Shown: piece by piece, positions 1 through 11,917 of the stretch
How the letters are laid out: the number at the start of each line of letters is the position of its first letter
Position numbering within the stretch: position 1 is the first letter of the stretch
Origin: Pristiophorus japonicus
Taxonomy: Eukaryota
Direction: 5' to 3'
Length of the DNA: 64,000 nt
Assembly (NCBI RefSeq): GCF_044704955.1
Contig: NC_091990.1
Location: 8,866,001 to 8,930,000 of the forward strand
Notes under the pieces: generated by a model
Seen by the model: the letters and a program-made list of their open reading frames with translations, nothing else
What the model was told of the DNA's origin: nothing
Database searches by the model: none
Position numbers and translations under genes: made by a program

Positions 1-425
1 GACAGAGAGTTCAGATTTCCAGCATCCGCAGGATTCTGCTTTTGAACTCTGTGAAGCTGCCTTGAAGTCCTTGCAAATCCTGTTAAGTTCAAATATGTGA
101 CCCCCCAGCCGGGAGAAATGATTCTTGGCTTGATAGGGAGAATTGCAGCAAACTTCCAAATGTTGGAAAATGCGTTAAATAAAATTTGGGGGGGGGGGGG
201 CGGGGAAAGAGAAATCCCCCCATCTCTGGGGGTCGGACACTCCAACACACCTCGAGACAGTAACAATGTCTTGCCTTCAGCAATCACACTCCCATCACCA
301 ATTTCTAAATCTGCTAAACTCACGTCCAAGTTGCAGACTCTACAGCCTGCAGGACTGATGCGCAGATCCATTGCAGTTGTTCGATGAGTTAAACTGATTT
401 CCTGTGTGTCCGTTCAGGTGGACAT

Positions 426-935
426 TCATCATCATAGGCAGTCCCTCGGAATCGAGGAAGACTTGCTTCCACTCTTAACATGAGTTCTTAGGTGGCTGTA
501 CAGTCCAATACAAGAGCCACAGTCTCTGTCGCCGGTGGGACAGATAGTCATTGAGGGAAGGGGTGGATGGGGAGTCTGGTTTGCCACACGCTCCTTCCGC
601 TGCCTGCGCTTGATTTCTGCATGCTCTCGGCGATGAGACTCGAGGTGCTCAGCGCCCTCCCGGATGCACTTCCTCCACTCAGGGCGGTCTTTGGCCAGGG
701 ACTCCCAGGTGTCGGTGGGGATGTTGCACTTTTTCAGGGAGGCTTTGAGGGTGTCCCTGTAACGTTTCCTCTGCCCACCTTTGGCTCGTTTGCCATGAAG
801 GAGTTCCGAGTAGAGGGCTTGCTTTGGTAATCTCGTGTCTGGCATGCGGACAATGTGGCCTGCCCAGCGGAGCTGATCGAGTGTGGTCAGTGCTTCAATG
901 CTGGGGATGTTGGCCTGGTCGAGGACGCTAACGAT
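426..935 (-). mobile_element. RTE-clade LINE, 3' fragment
   Basis: MPDTRLPKQALYSEL..GGQRKR..C2H2-like terminus; (ATG)n tail. Confidence 0.9.
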
Positions 936-1437
936 TGCATGGCATGATGGGAAGGAGCGTCGGGAGCTCTCCTGATCTCCTGGCCAACATCACTCCCTCA
1001 ACCAAGACCACAAAATGCTGATTAACTGTTCTTTCATCTCGCTGTTGTTTGTGGAACGACTGCGCACAAAATAGCTCCTGTGTTTGCCTACAATATATCA
1101 GTGGTGACAGGAGTGAAAAGGTGCAAAATAAAAGCAAGACTTTCATTCCACTGTTGCAACTGCACTTTAGCTGTTTTGCTGTCTATACAAATGGTGGACA
1201 GTTGCGAAGAGTTGCTGCTTAAGTTATGATAAGGTGGTGTCCCGTTGCACTTTCGATGTATCGGTTTTCCTATGTTTTCTGCGAACGCATTATTGAGAAA
1301 ATTGCAAACAGTTGGAAAACTGGGAGACTCGGTCGTTGGCCTAATTTTCACCGAAAGTTTTCTGGCTGAGCTGTGCTGCCTGCTAAAACGGCTCTTGCCA
1401 TTTGCCAGCGATTCTTCAATCCCTATTGTAATACGAA

Positions 1438-1760
1438 AGAAAGACTTGCATTTCTATAGGGCCGTTCACGACCTCAGGCCGTCCCAAAGCGCTTTCCCAC
1501 CAATGAAATACTTTTTGGAGTGTAGTCACTGTTGTAACATAACAGCCAATTTGCGCACAGCAAGCTCCCACAAACACCAATGTGATAATGGCCAGATAAT
1601 CTGTTTCAGTGACGTTGATCGAGGGATAAATATTGGCTCCAGGACACCGGGGAGAACACCCCTGCTCTTCTTCAAAATAGTGCCGTGGGATCTTTTGTGT
1701 CCCCCTGAGAGAGCAGACGGTTTAGCGTCTTATCCGAAACGTCTCTGGCAGTGCGGCACT
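1438..1760 (-). mobile_element. Deu-domain SINE (SacSINE1-like), partial
   Basis: Matches body and tail of the full copy at 51545-54700. Confidence 0.8.
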
Positions 1761-2056
1761 CAAAGGGGCACATTCCCCACTGAGCTCCATTTCCCGATGG
1801 CCTCGATAAAAAGAACAAATTGGCGAAGTCAGCCCTTGGTCTCAGAGAGTTGGTATTTTAAGCGTGTTTCCACTGGTCTCTGCTCAGAGTTCCTGTTGTA
1901 GGAATTTGGGGCTTTTAAATTCGTTTTACAGCATTTTACTTGTTGCTTTTTCCCTACTTTCTGGATTAACCACCACTACATTTTTATGTAAATCATTAGA
2001 AACTGGATCAAGACTGCGACGATCAGCTCACAGAGAACGTTGTGGCCAGTAGACTC

Positions 2057-2126
2057 CAGTCTGGGCTGAGATTTGAACCCAGGATCCAGAGATGAAAGGC
2101 CAGTACTTTGCCCACTGCACCACCCA
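2057..2126 (-). mobile_element. tRNA-derived SINE head, LF-SINE-like
   Basis: A-box TGGTGCAGTGG, then GCCTTTCATCTCTGG, B-box GGTTCAAATC, CAGCCCAGAC. Confidence 0.5.
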
Positions 2127-2489
2127 CTTCACCCTTCAATCTCATTTTAAACACCTTACAACCTACGGGCGGGCATCCCTCCAGGGATCCCTCTCACCCA
2201 CAAAGGTTTGATGGACCAAGCGGTGTATCTGAGGAGAGTTCAGCTTCAGGCCCGCTGCCCATTGGCAGTCTGTCCGCACCCGCTGTGCCCGGGGTGTGTA
2301 GACCGAGGCACAAGTATTGAGGATGTCGGAGGAATCTGCCATTGCCATTGCCTCCTGTGTGTGTCACCAGGGAGGCAGTCAGGGAACTATACATACCGTT
2401 TCCTCCAGGCTGATCTTCAGACTAAATCAAGGCCAGGGATGACTCAATCTGCAACTGTGAAAGTCATTTTGAATATATCAGCCGAGGCA

Positions 2490-2815
2490 TAGAACACAAG
2501 AGCAGGGTGAATATGTTTGAACTGTATAAAACACTAGTTAGGTCACAGCTAGAGTACTGCGTGCAGTTCTGGTCACCACATTACGGAAAGATGTGATTTC
2601 AGTAGAGAGGGTACAGAGGAGATCTATGAGGATGTTGCCAGTACTGAAGAATTGTAAATATGAGGAAAGATTGGATAGGCTGGGGTTGTTTTCAATGGAA
2701 CAGAGGAGGCTGAGGGGAGATTTAATTGAGGCGTATACAATTATGAGGGGCCTGGATAGAGTGGATAGAAAGGGCCTATTTCCCTTAGCAGAGGGGTCAA
2801 CAACTAGGGGGCATC
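2490..2815 (+). mobile_element. CR1 LINE ORF2 C-terminal fragment
   Basis: LEYCVQFWSP..ERVQRR..YEERLDRLGLFSMEQRRLRGDLI. Confidence 0.85.
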
Positions 2816-3384
2816 TCAGAAATCAACCTAGTGAACCTTCTCTGATGGCTGTGGAGAAACTTGGGGCCCAAACTCTCCGCCCTTGCAGCCGAACGACAAA
2901 GTAGTGAGTAACACAGCGAAGGCGAATGGGTTATCTGGCTCAGCGCAGTCTGATGCGCTCAAATTACCAAAGTATGGGCAGAAGAACAACTAAATATTTT
3001 TTTAACCTTTGAGACGTGGCTCCTGTGACTAACAATTCAATGGGTCATATATAATGCCTGGTACATGTTCAGACAGTAGCTCAAAGAAACGCAGTCTGCC
3101 ATGCAGTTACTTGACAGGACATGCCCAGTCGATTTGTGTTATGTCTGTCAAATCAACATTCGTGTATTCCACTGCCAGCCTGCTTAATCAGATTAGACAA
3201 GTTTTTTAAAAATAAAATCTTCTTGCTTCTTTTGGAGCACAATCTTTCCGACATCTTATGTTGGAACTAGTTCAATGTTTGTGCGCATTTTGCACTGAAC
3301 AAGGTAAGCAAGGTCAGTACAGGCCAATGGAACACTTTCCATCTTGAGCACCCAGAGAGAGAAGCATTTCCCCAGGATCCTGGG

Positions 3385-3589
3385 TGTTATGTATGTTAAC
3401 TGGGTTTTACCTGCCACCAGAGGGCGTGACTGTCGGAGTCCTAATGGTCACTGGCAGACACGTGCAAGCCGTGTATATAATGTTGGCAGCCATGTTGAAT
3501 TGTCACTTTGAGAATAAATAAACTGGAGTAAGGTCATGCCTGAACCAGCTCACCGTACTTAGCCTCGTGGAGTTATTCGACACTTAACA
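3385..3589 (+). mobile_element. Solo LTR (205 bp)
   Basis: TGTTA...TAACA termini; TATATAA 3474-3480; AATAAA 3513-3518; CCACCAGAGGGCG near the 5' end. Confidence 0.65.
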
Positions 3590-4127
3590 CCAGGCAGGAG
3601 ACGGAAGGTGAGGTGGATCTCCAGCGATTGGATTCCAGCATCCAACAATCCTAGGTCAGGTAGAACATTGATTTGGTTCTAGCATTGAACAAACCTGGTT
3701 CAGGAAGAGCATGGTCAGGTGCAGAATACCACAGGAGATCCACTCCGCACTGCATCAGAATGATAGTGTCCTATTTCTCACTCCAGCCGCCCTATGGTCC
3801 CTCGGGGAGAGATTGTTAACTCTTTGCCCATACTGCTCACCCAGGGGCAGCTTTATGCTGTGTACAGTTACCGAGGAACTGGAGTGAGGCTTTTCCAAAC
3901 ATATTTCACATTGAGCCCTTATTGCACCAGAGATTTGGATTTCCAAGGTGGTGCGGATGATCTGTCAGGCGCTAAATCCCGAACTTGCGATCTATACAAG
4001 GGCGGTATGACGGCGTACTCTCAGTTCAAACAGCTTCAAAATATTGTGTCATCATTAGGACTGAAGGCACGGCCACGAATGGTGGGGTGGGTGCACAAGA
4101 GGCCAGAGTTGGGGAAGCACAGGGTTC

Positions 4128-5810
4128 CCAGAGGGTTGTATGGCTGGAGAAGGCCGCAGAGATAGGGAGGGGTTGTAGGGCTGGAGAAGGGCACTGAGAT
4201 AGGGAGGGATGTAGGGCTGGAGGAGGGCGCAGAGATAGGGAGGTGTGTAGGGACTGGAGGAGGTTACAGAGATATGGAGGTTTGTAGGGAGAAGGTTACA
4301 GAGATAGGGAGGGATGTAGGGTGGAAGGAGGTTACAGAGATAGGGAGATGTGTAGGGTGGGAGAGGGTTACAGAGATAAGGAGGTGTGTATCGACTGGAG
4401 GAGGTTACAGAGATAGGGAAGAGTGTAGGGCTAGAGGTTTCAGAGATAATAAGAACATAAGAAATAGGAGCAGGAGTAGGCCATACGGCCCCTTGAGCCT
4501 GCTCCGACATTCAATAAGATCATGGCTGATCTGATCATGGACTCAGGTCCACTTCCCTGCCCACTCCCCATAACTCCTTATCCCCTTATTGTTTAAGAAA
4601 TTGTCTATTTCTGTCTTAAATTTATTCAATGTCCCAGTTTCCACAGCTCTCTGAGGCAGCGAATTCCACAGATTTACAACCCTCTGAGAGAAGAAATTCC
4701 TCATCTCAGTTTTAAATGGGCGGCCCCTTATTCTAAGATTATGCCCTCTAGTTCTAGTCTCCCCCATCAGTGGAAACATCCTCTCTGCACCCACCTTGTC
4801 AAGCCCCCTCATAATCTTATATGTTTCGATAAGATCACCTCTCATTCCTCTGAATTCCAATGAGTACAGGCTCAACCTACTCAACCTTTCCTCATAAGTC
4901 AACCCCCTCATCCCCGGAAACAACCTCGTGAACCTTCTCTGAACTGCCTCCAAAGCAAGTATATCCTTTCATAAATATGGAAACCAAAACTGCATGCAGT
5001 ATTCCAGGTGTGGCCTCACCAATACCTTATATAGCTGTAGCAAGACTTCCTGCTTTTATACTCCATCCCCTTTGCAATAAAGGCCAAGATACCATTGGCC
5101 TTCCTGATCACTTGCTGTACTTGCATACTATCCTTTTGCGTTTCATAGAAAACATAGAAAATAGGTGCAGGAGTAGGCCATTCGGCCCCGAGCCTGCACC
5201 TCATGCACAAGTACCCCCAGGTCCCACTGTGCTGCAACACTTAACAATCTTTCTCCATTTAAATAATAGGAGGGGTGTAGGGGCTGGAGGGGGTTACAGA
5301 GATAGGGAGGGGTGTAGGGGCTGGAGGAGGTTACAAAGATAGGGAGAGGTGTAGGGCTGGAGGAGGTTACAGGAATAGGGAGGGGTGTAGGGCTGGAGGA
5401 GGTTACAGAGATGGGGGGGGTGGTGGAGGAGGTTACAGAGATAGGGAGGGGTGTAGGGGCTGGATGAGGTTACAGAGATAGGGAGGGGTGTAGTGGCTGG
5501 AGGGGGTTACAGAGATAGGGAGGGGTGTAGGGGCTGGATGAGGTTACAGAGATAGGGAGGGGTGTAGGGCTGGAGGAGGTTACAGAGATGGGAGGGGTGT
5601 AGGGCTGGAGGGGGTTACAGAGATAGGGAAGGGTGTAGGGGCTGGATGAGTTTACAGAGATAGGGAGGGGTGTAGGGCTGGAGGAGGTTACAGAGATGGG
5701 AGGGGTGTAGGGCTGGAGGAGGTTACAGGGATAGGGAGGGGTGTAGGGCTGGAGAAGGTTACAGAGATGGGGGGGTGGTGGAGGAGGTTACAGAGATAGG
5801 GACGGGCGAG
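4128..5810. repeat. ~36-bp G-rich minisatellite derived from an L2 3' region, split by a CR1 insertion
   Basis: Unit AGAGATAGGGAGGGGTGTAGGGCTGGAGGAGGTTAC at 4128-4447 and 5266-5810. Confidence 0.85.
4448..5265 (-). mobile_element. CR1 LINE 3' fragment with a nested short CR1 tail (~5146-5200)
   Basis: ORF 4543-4953 is the CR1 ORF2 C-terminus; TTCTTATG-type tail; nested tail flanked by TCAT. Confidence 0.9.
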
Positions 5811-6575
5811 GCTATGGAGGGATTTGAACATTGAGTCCCTATAATATCCTTAAGATATTATACAAAAGCATTGTTATTGCGTGTACATACAAGTAGGACA
5901 TAGCATTCAGGTTCACAGGTTCTGCAGCTCAAACAGGCCATTGGAAAGGAAGGTTGATCTCCAGCCACTGAGAAACCGATGGTGTGATGGATTGGTCTTC
6001 TGGGTGAATGATATCAAATGGTCCAAAAGGACTGTTTAAAACAAAATGTAATCGTATCTGGGACATGATATGTTGTGGTCGCTGAGGTCACAGATGTTGT
6101 ACATTGCAGACATAAAATCACAAGAACATTAAACCCTGAGAGAGAGGCTGAAGACTTTATGAAAGCAAAACTCCTTTTCTATCCCACAAACCCATGCTAT
6201 AAATATCCTGTGAAATGAACATTTATTCCGACAGCTATTAATACCAACCCTTGGTATGGATTTGACTGAGTATGGATGACTGGGCCTTGCTCATTAAGTT
6301 TTACTGTAATACGAAACAGACTTGACGACAATTAACAGTCTCACAGCAATCAATTAATTGTCCGGGGCCAGCACTAACTATTTGCCCTTGTAAATCTGGT
6401 TTCAGTGTACTTATCTTTACCAGGAACTTGCTAATCTCAAAGTCCTATCACATGGTATAAAAGAATACTTGAATCTTCAAAAAATCTCTCCATCAGCGTA
6501 CAGTTCTTCAAACTTATTCACTGGGCTGATATTAATGTAATGAGATGAACATGCTTGTATCTTAGCTTGACAAAC

Positions 6576-7335
6576 ATCATCATAGGCAGTCCCTCGAAAT
6601 CTTTCACTCTAAAAGTGAGTTCTCAGGTGACTGTACAGTCCAATATGGGAATTACAGTCTCTGTCACAGACAGTGGTTGAAGGAAAGGGTGGGTGGGGAG
6701 TCTGGTTTGCTGCACGCTCCTTCCGCTGCCTGCGCTTGTTTTCTGTATGCTCTCGGTGGTGAGACTCGAGGTGCCGGTGTCGGTGGGGATGTTGCATTTT
6801 ATCAAGGCATCCTTGAAACGTTTCCTCTGCCCACCTGGGGCTCGCTTGCCTTGTAGGTGTTCCGAGTAGAGCGCTTGCTTTGGGAGTCTTGTGTCAGGCA
6901 TGCGAACAATGTGGCCCGCCCAACGGAGCTGGTCGAGAGTGGTCAGTGCTTCAGTGCTGGGGATGTTGGCCTGATCGAGGACACTGACGTTGGTGCGTCT
7001 GTCCTCCCAGGGGAGTTACAGGATCTTGCGGAGACATCGTTGGTGGCATTTCTCCAGCGATTTGAGGTGTCTACTGTATATAGTCCACGTCTTGGAGCCA
7101 TACAGGAGGGCGGGTATCACTACAGCCCTGTAGACCATGAGCTTGGTGCCAGATTTGAGGGCCTGATCTTTGAACACTCTCTTCCTCAGGTGGCCGAAGG
7201 CTGCACTGGCGCACTGGAGGCGGTGTTGAATCTTGTCGTCGATGTCTACCCTTGCTGATAATCGGCTCCATGTGGAAAATGGTCCACGTTGTCCAGGGTC
7301 ACACTGCCGATCTTGATGACTGGGGGGCAGTGACA
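6576..7335 (-). mobile_element. RTE LINE 3' fragment
   Basis: Decayed RTE ORF (TKLMVYRAVVIPALLYGS..); (ATG)n tail. Confidence 0.9.
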
Positions 7336-8309
7336 AACATGATTCCATTGTTTGAACTTAAAGGCAAAGCTCAGTGCACACTGAGCGGGCAAATCAAGTC
7401 AATCGTGAAACTTTAAAAGGTAGCTTCTTGTTAAATAGAGTAGAACTAGCCTGAATAATCGTTCATAAAACCTTCCACTGGGGAGTTTGTCCTTAATCTC
7501 CTCCAGTGTCAGGAAAAAGCCTGTGCTTTATAGATCTTACTTCCATTTCACACGTAGATCAATAAATGCTGCTTATTCGGTTCTGAAGCTAAAAGCAAAC
7601 CAGCTCCTCCACACTTCCAGGAAGCATTTTGCTGGGACTTTCATTGAGTCAGTTTAATGGTTCTGTACAATTTGATGTACCTCAAATATGTTATTAATTT
7701 GGTGCTATTTACTCTCTGACAGACTGTTGCCATTTATAATCCTTGCAAAAGTCAGTGATTACACAGCATTAACTAAGCCTTTCTTGGAGATATACTGCTC
7801 CATTACCAGTGGTTTAAGGATATTTTGTTGCATTAACACAATTTATACGCCGCCATTAATGCTCGTTACCTCGGTAACCGCAAAGACCTGGGCCTTCCCA
7901 CGGCTTTTATCCCCCGGGATAGTCGCTGGACGGTATAAACCCCAACCCTCCCACTAACAGGCTGTGGTCAACAACCATCAACCTGGTCACACCATCGTAG
8001 TGAGCAGCCTCCAGCAACAGTGACTCATTCATTTCAAAGCTATTTAATTTCCATGGAAACCCAAACTTTAAAAAACGGTTATGGCCATTATCAGTATCAG
8101 GGAAGCAGACAGGAGATAAAACACAATGTTAGAAAGCTCTTCAGTCTGTGGGGTTTGATGCCCAGCCAGTCTCGCGCTTAAACTCAAGGTGGTCACGGCA
8201 GTCTTTCCAATGACAAGTTATTTAACTGTAGCAGACGAGGTACAATTTAGCGCCTTTGCAGCCGATTGCAACCCATACGATTTAATATCTTGCAACACTC
8301 CAATCCTGA

Positions 8310-8652
8310 AGGAAATGCTGTTGACCAAGGCTTCTTCGGCAGCACCTCTCAAACCCGTGACCTCTACCACCTAGAAGGACAAGGGCAGCAGGTGCGTGGG
8401 AACACCACCACCTCCACGTTCCCCTCCAAATCACACACCATCCTGACTTGGAAATATATCGGCCGTTCCTTCATCGTCGCTGGGTCACAATCCTGGAATT
8501 CCCTCCCTAACAGCACTGTGGGAGCACCTTCACCACACGGACTGCAGCGGTTCAGGAAGGCGACTCACCACCACCTTCTCAAGGGGCAATTAGGGACAGG
8601 CAATAAATGCCGGCCTTGCCAGCGACGCCCACATCTCATGAATACATTTTTT
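8310..8652 (+). mobile_element. CR1/L2-group LINE 3' end
   Basis: ..RSFIVAGSQSWNSLP..LQRFRKATHHHLL; 3' tail shared with SINE at 58310-58700. Confidence 0.65.
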
Positions 8653-8688
8653 AAAAGACCAGCCCCTCAGAAGATAAGGAGTGACCAA

Positions 8689-9860
8689 ATCATCATCAGA
8701 GGCAGTCCCTCGAAATTGAGGAAGACTGGTTTCCACTCTAAAAGTGAGTTCTCAGGTGACTGAACAGTCCAATATGGGAATTACAGTCTATGTCACAGGT
8801 GGGACAGACAGTAGTTGAAGGAAAGGGTGGGTGGGGAGTCTGGTTTGCCGCACGCTCCTTCCGCTGCCTGCGCTTGTTTTCTGCATGCTCTCGGCGACAA
8901 GACTCGAGATGCTCAACGCCCTCCCGGATGCTCTTCCTCCACTTAGGGCGGTCTTGTGCCAGGGACTCCCAGGTGTCGGTGGGGATGTTGCATTTTATCA
9001 AGGAGGCTTTGAAGGTATCCTTGAAACGTTTCCTCTGCCCACCTGGGACTCGCTTGCCGTGTAGGAGTTCCAAGTATAGTGCTTGCTTTGAGAGTCTCGT
9101 GTCGGGCATGTGGACAATGTGGCCCGCCCAATGGAGCTGGTCGAGTGTGGTCAGTGCTTCAATACTGGGGATGTTGGCCTGAGCGAGAACACAGACGTTG
9201 GTGCATCTATCCTCCCAAGGGATTTGCAGGATCGTGCGGAGGCAACGCTGGTGCTATTACTCCAGTGTTTTAAGATGTCTACTGTATATGGTCCACGTCT
9301 CTGAGATATATAGTAGGGCAGGTATCACTATTGCCCTGTAGACCATAAGCTTGGTGCCAGATTTGAGGTCCTGGTCTTCGAACACTCTCTTCCTCTGGCG
9401 ACTGAAGGCTGCGCTGGCGCACTAGAGGCGGTGTTGGATCTCGTCGATGTCTGCCCTTGCTGATAGTAGGCCCCCGAGATGTGGAAAATGGTCCACGTTG
9501 TCCAAGGTCACCCTGTGGATTTTGATGACTGAGGGTCAGTGCTGTGTGGCGGGGTCAGGTTGGTGGAGGACCTTTGTCTTACGGATGTTTAGTGTAAGGC
9601 CCATGCTTTCGTACGCCTCGGTGAAGATGTTGATGATGGCTTGGAGCTCGGCCTCTGAATGTGCGCAGACGCAAGCGTCGTCCGCGAACTGTAGCTCGAC
9701 GGCAGAGGATGGGACGGTCTTGGATCTAGCCTGGAGGCGATGAAGGTTGAACAGGTTCCCATTGGTTCTATAATTTAGTTCCACTCCAGCGGGGGGGCTT
9801 GTTGAGAATAAGATGGAGCATTGCAGCGAGAAAGATCGAGAAGAGGGTTGGCGCGATGCA
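8689..9860 (-). mobile_element. RTE LINE, RT C-terminal half to 3' end
   Basis: ELQFADD RT motif (ORF 9536-9904) and C-terminal CPTC..HLRTH. Confidence 0.9.
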
Positions 9861-11518
9861 GCGATAATATGCAGCACGGCCGATAGTTCAGGTGAGATTA
9901 TCACTTAAATATGAATATAATTGCCCCCTCATAAGCAGCCTTTAGACAGTCTGGGCGTGAAATCACTCACTGAAAATTGGGATGTTTCAAGGCCACACAT
10001 GGTTGTAATTTTATTCGCAGCTCATTAATTGAGAGAAAAACATCCTCCCGTTTTTCATTATGAGGAATGTCACAGGCTTCTTTTCCCCAGCTTGAAGGCC
10101 AAGGCAGATTTTCCCGTCGCTGCTATCGAAGGCACATTGTGACAATATCACATTGTGACAATATCACATTGCCCACTTCCAAAATACAATCCTTTCCTTC
10201 CAGCTAGAGTCCCCTCTAGTGGCCTGCTCCAGAATCAATCCAACTGAGGTTAAAGCTGAGCTTACACGACTGTGAGGCAAATTTTGCGATGCCCAAAGTC
10301 TGTCATTTAAGTGGACAGAAAAACCAGTGGCAGCGCACTCACAATTTGCTGTGTGTGCTGGCTGCCAAAGATGCCTCATATGCTGAGGTCAGTCTGCGAA
10401 ATTCACCCCGATAACGGCAGGGTCACCGCAAAGCAAGCTCCCCGCTGGAGTGGAACTAAACTATAGAACCAATGGGAACCTGTTCAACTTTCGCACCGAT
10501 GCTATAAAGTTGCAGCGCAGATTCAGAGTCAGGGCGCGATCTACCTCTGCAATGATGCACACAATCCGCCATGTTCGGCCTCAACTCCACATGAAGACTG
10601 TAGCTTTAACACTGGGGCAACAATACAATATTAAATGCAATTGTGCAATTTTGCGATTTGGAGTCAAGAAGCTAGTGCTACACCAACTGGCTCATCAATA
10701 AATTAAGCTTCCAGAGGAATTGTATTAGCACCAGTTGTTTCCTGAATTAAATTAATTAACTTAATTTTCAACCAAAACAAGAACAAAGTAATTGATCGTA
10801 AACAGAGAACAATTTGAATTATTTTTGACAGTGCTGGTGCAGCTTGTACATTTGATTCAATTTTCTTTTTCTGAAAACTCACAGTGTACATTCTTGAATC
10901 GTCAGCCTAGACAAAAAGAACTTGCATTTGTATAGCAACGATCGCAAAGGGCTTTACTGAAGCGTAATCAATAAAACAGACAGTGAAATAAACAAGTGAC
11001 CTCACGATGGGCACTGCCACAGCTGAGTCCCCATCCTCTCCTCTCCTCACCTCCCATCATCCAGCGTCCCTTCCACTTCCCGCTACTTTTGACAGAATTT
11101 AAGAGCTGGACCCCTGGCTAAATTTCCCTCTCCCCAGCCAATGCCATTGAAGCCAACTGTACTGAGGCAATGTTGCCCCAGGTGAGATATTGCACACATT
11201 GTACCCAGACCTTCTGGTCGATGTACTGCAGAACAAATACACAGGAAAGAGAAGAAATAATTCTCTAAGAACATGAAACTTCTACTTGTAATAACTTGCC
11301 CACACAAGAGAACATAGATTTAAGCCTATATAATTAACTTAAAATGTGCTTTTGTAGGCGAGGTGTCACATCAAAGAGTCTTTTCAGGCTGAGGGAGTTG
11401 CCAAGTAAGACCAAGAAACGGAGTTCTAACAATTGATGTTTGGAGCGGACACCCAGATAGAGCAGTGGAGGCCTCATTGAAGAACCATGCAATGGAGGAC
11501 TGTAGGGTGTTCCTGGCT

Positions 11519-11917
11519 CCGCATGCCAGACACAAGACTCCCAAAGCAAGCGCTCTACTCGGAGCTCTTTCGCGGCAAACGAGCCAAAGGTGGGCAGCGG
11601 AAACACTACAAGGACACCCTCAAAGCCTCCCCGATAAAGTACAACATCCCCACTGACACCTGGGAGTCCCTGGCCAAAGACCGCCCTAAGTGGAGGAAGT
11701 GCACCTCGAATCTCAACACCGAGAGCATGCAGAAATCAAGCGCAGGCAGCGGAAAGAGCGTGCGGCAAACCGGTCCCATCCACCCCTTCCCTCAACGACT
11801 ATCTGTCCCACCTGTGACAGAGACTGTGACTCTCATGTTGAACTGTTCAGCCACCAAAGAACTCACTTCAGGAGTGGAAGCAAGTCTTCCTCGATTCCGA
11901 GGGACTGCCTATGATGA
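11519..11917 (+). mobile_element. RTE LINE 3' fragment
   Basis: Same family as 426-935. Confidence 0.88.

Noticed and set aside
2163-4165. Short ORFs at 2163-2492 and 3755-4165 as exons of a neighbouring gene (e.g. LUZP1, the human downstream neighbour)
   Set aside because: No recognisable protein similarity and no consistent splice-phase chain.
4055-4510. Pro/Tyr-rich repetitive ORF
   Set aside because: Translation of the L2-derived minisatellite.
10133-10171. 16-bp tandem duplication (CACATTGTGACAATAT)
   Set aside because: Ordinary slippage duplication with no supporting context.
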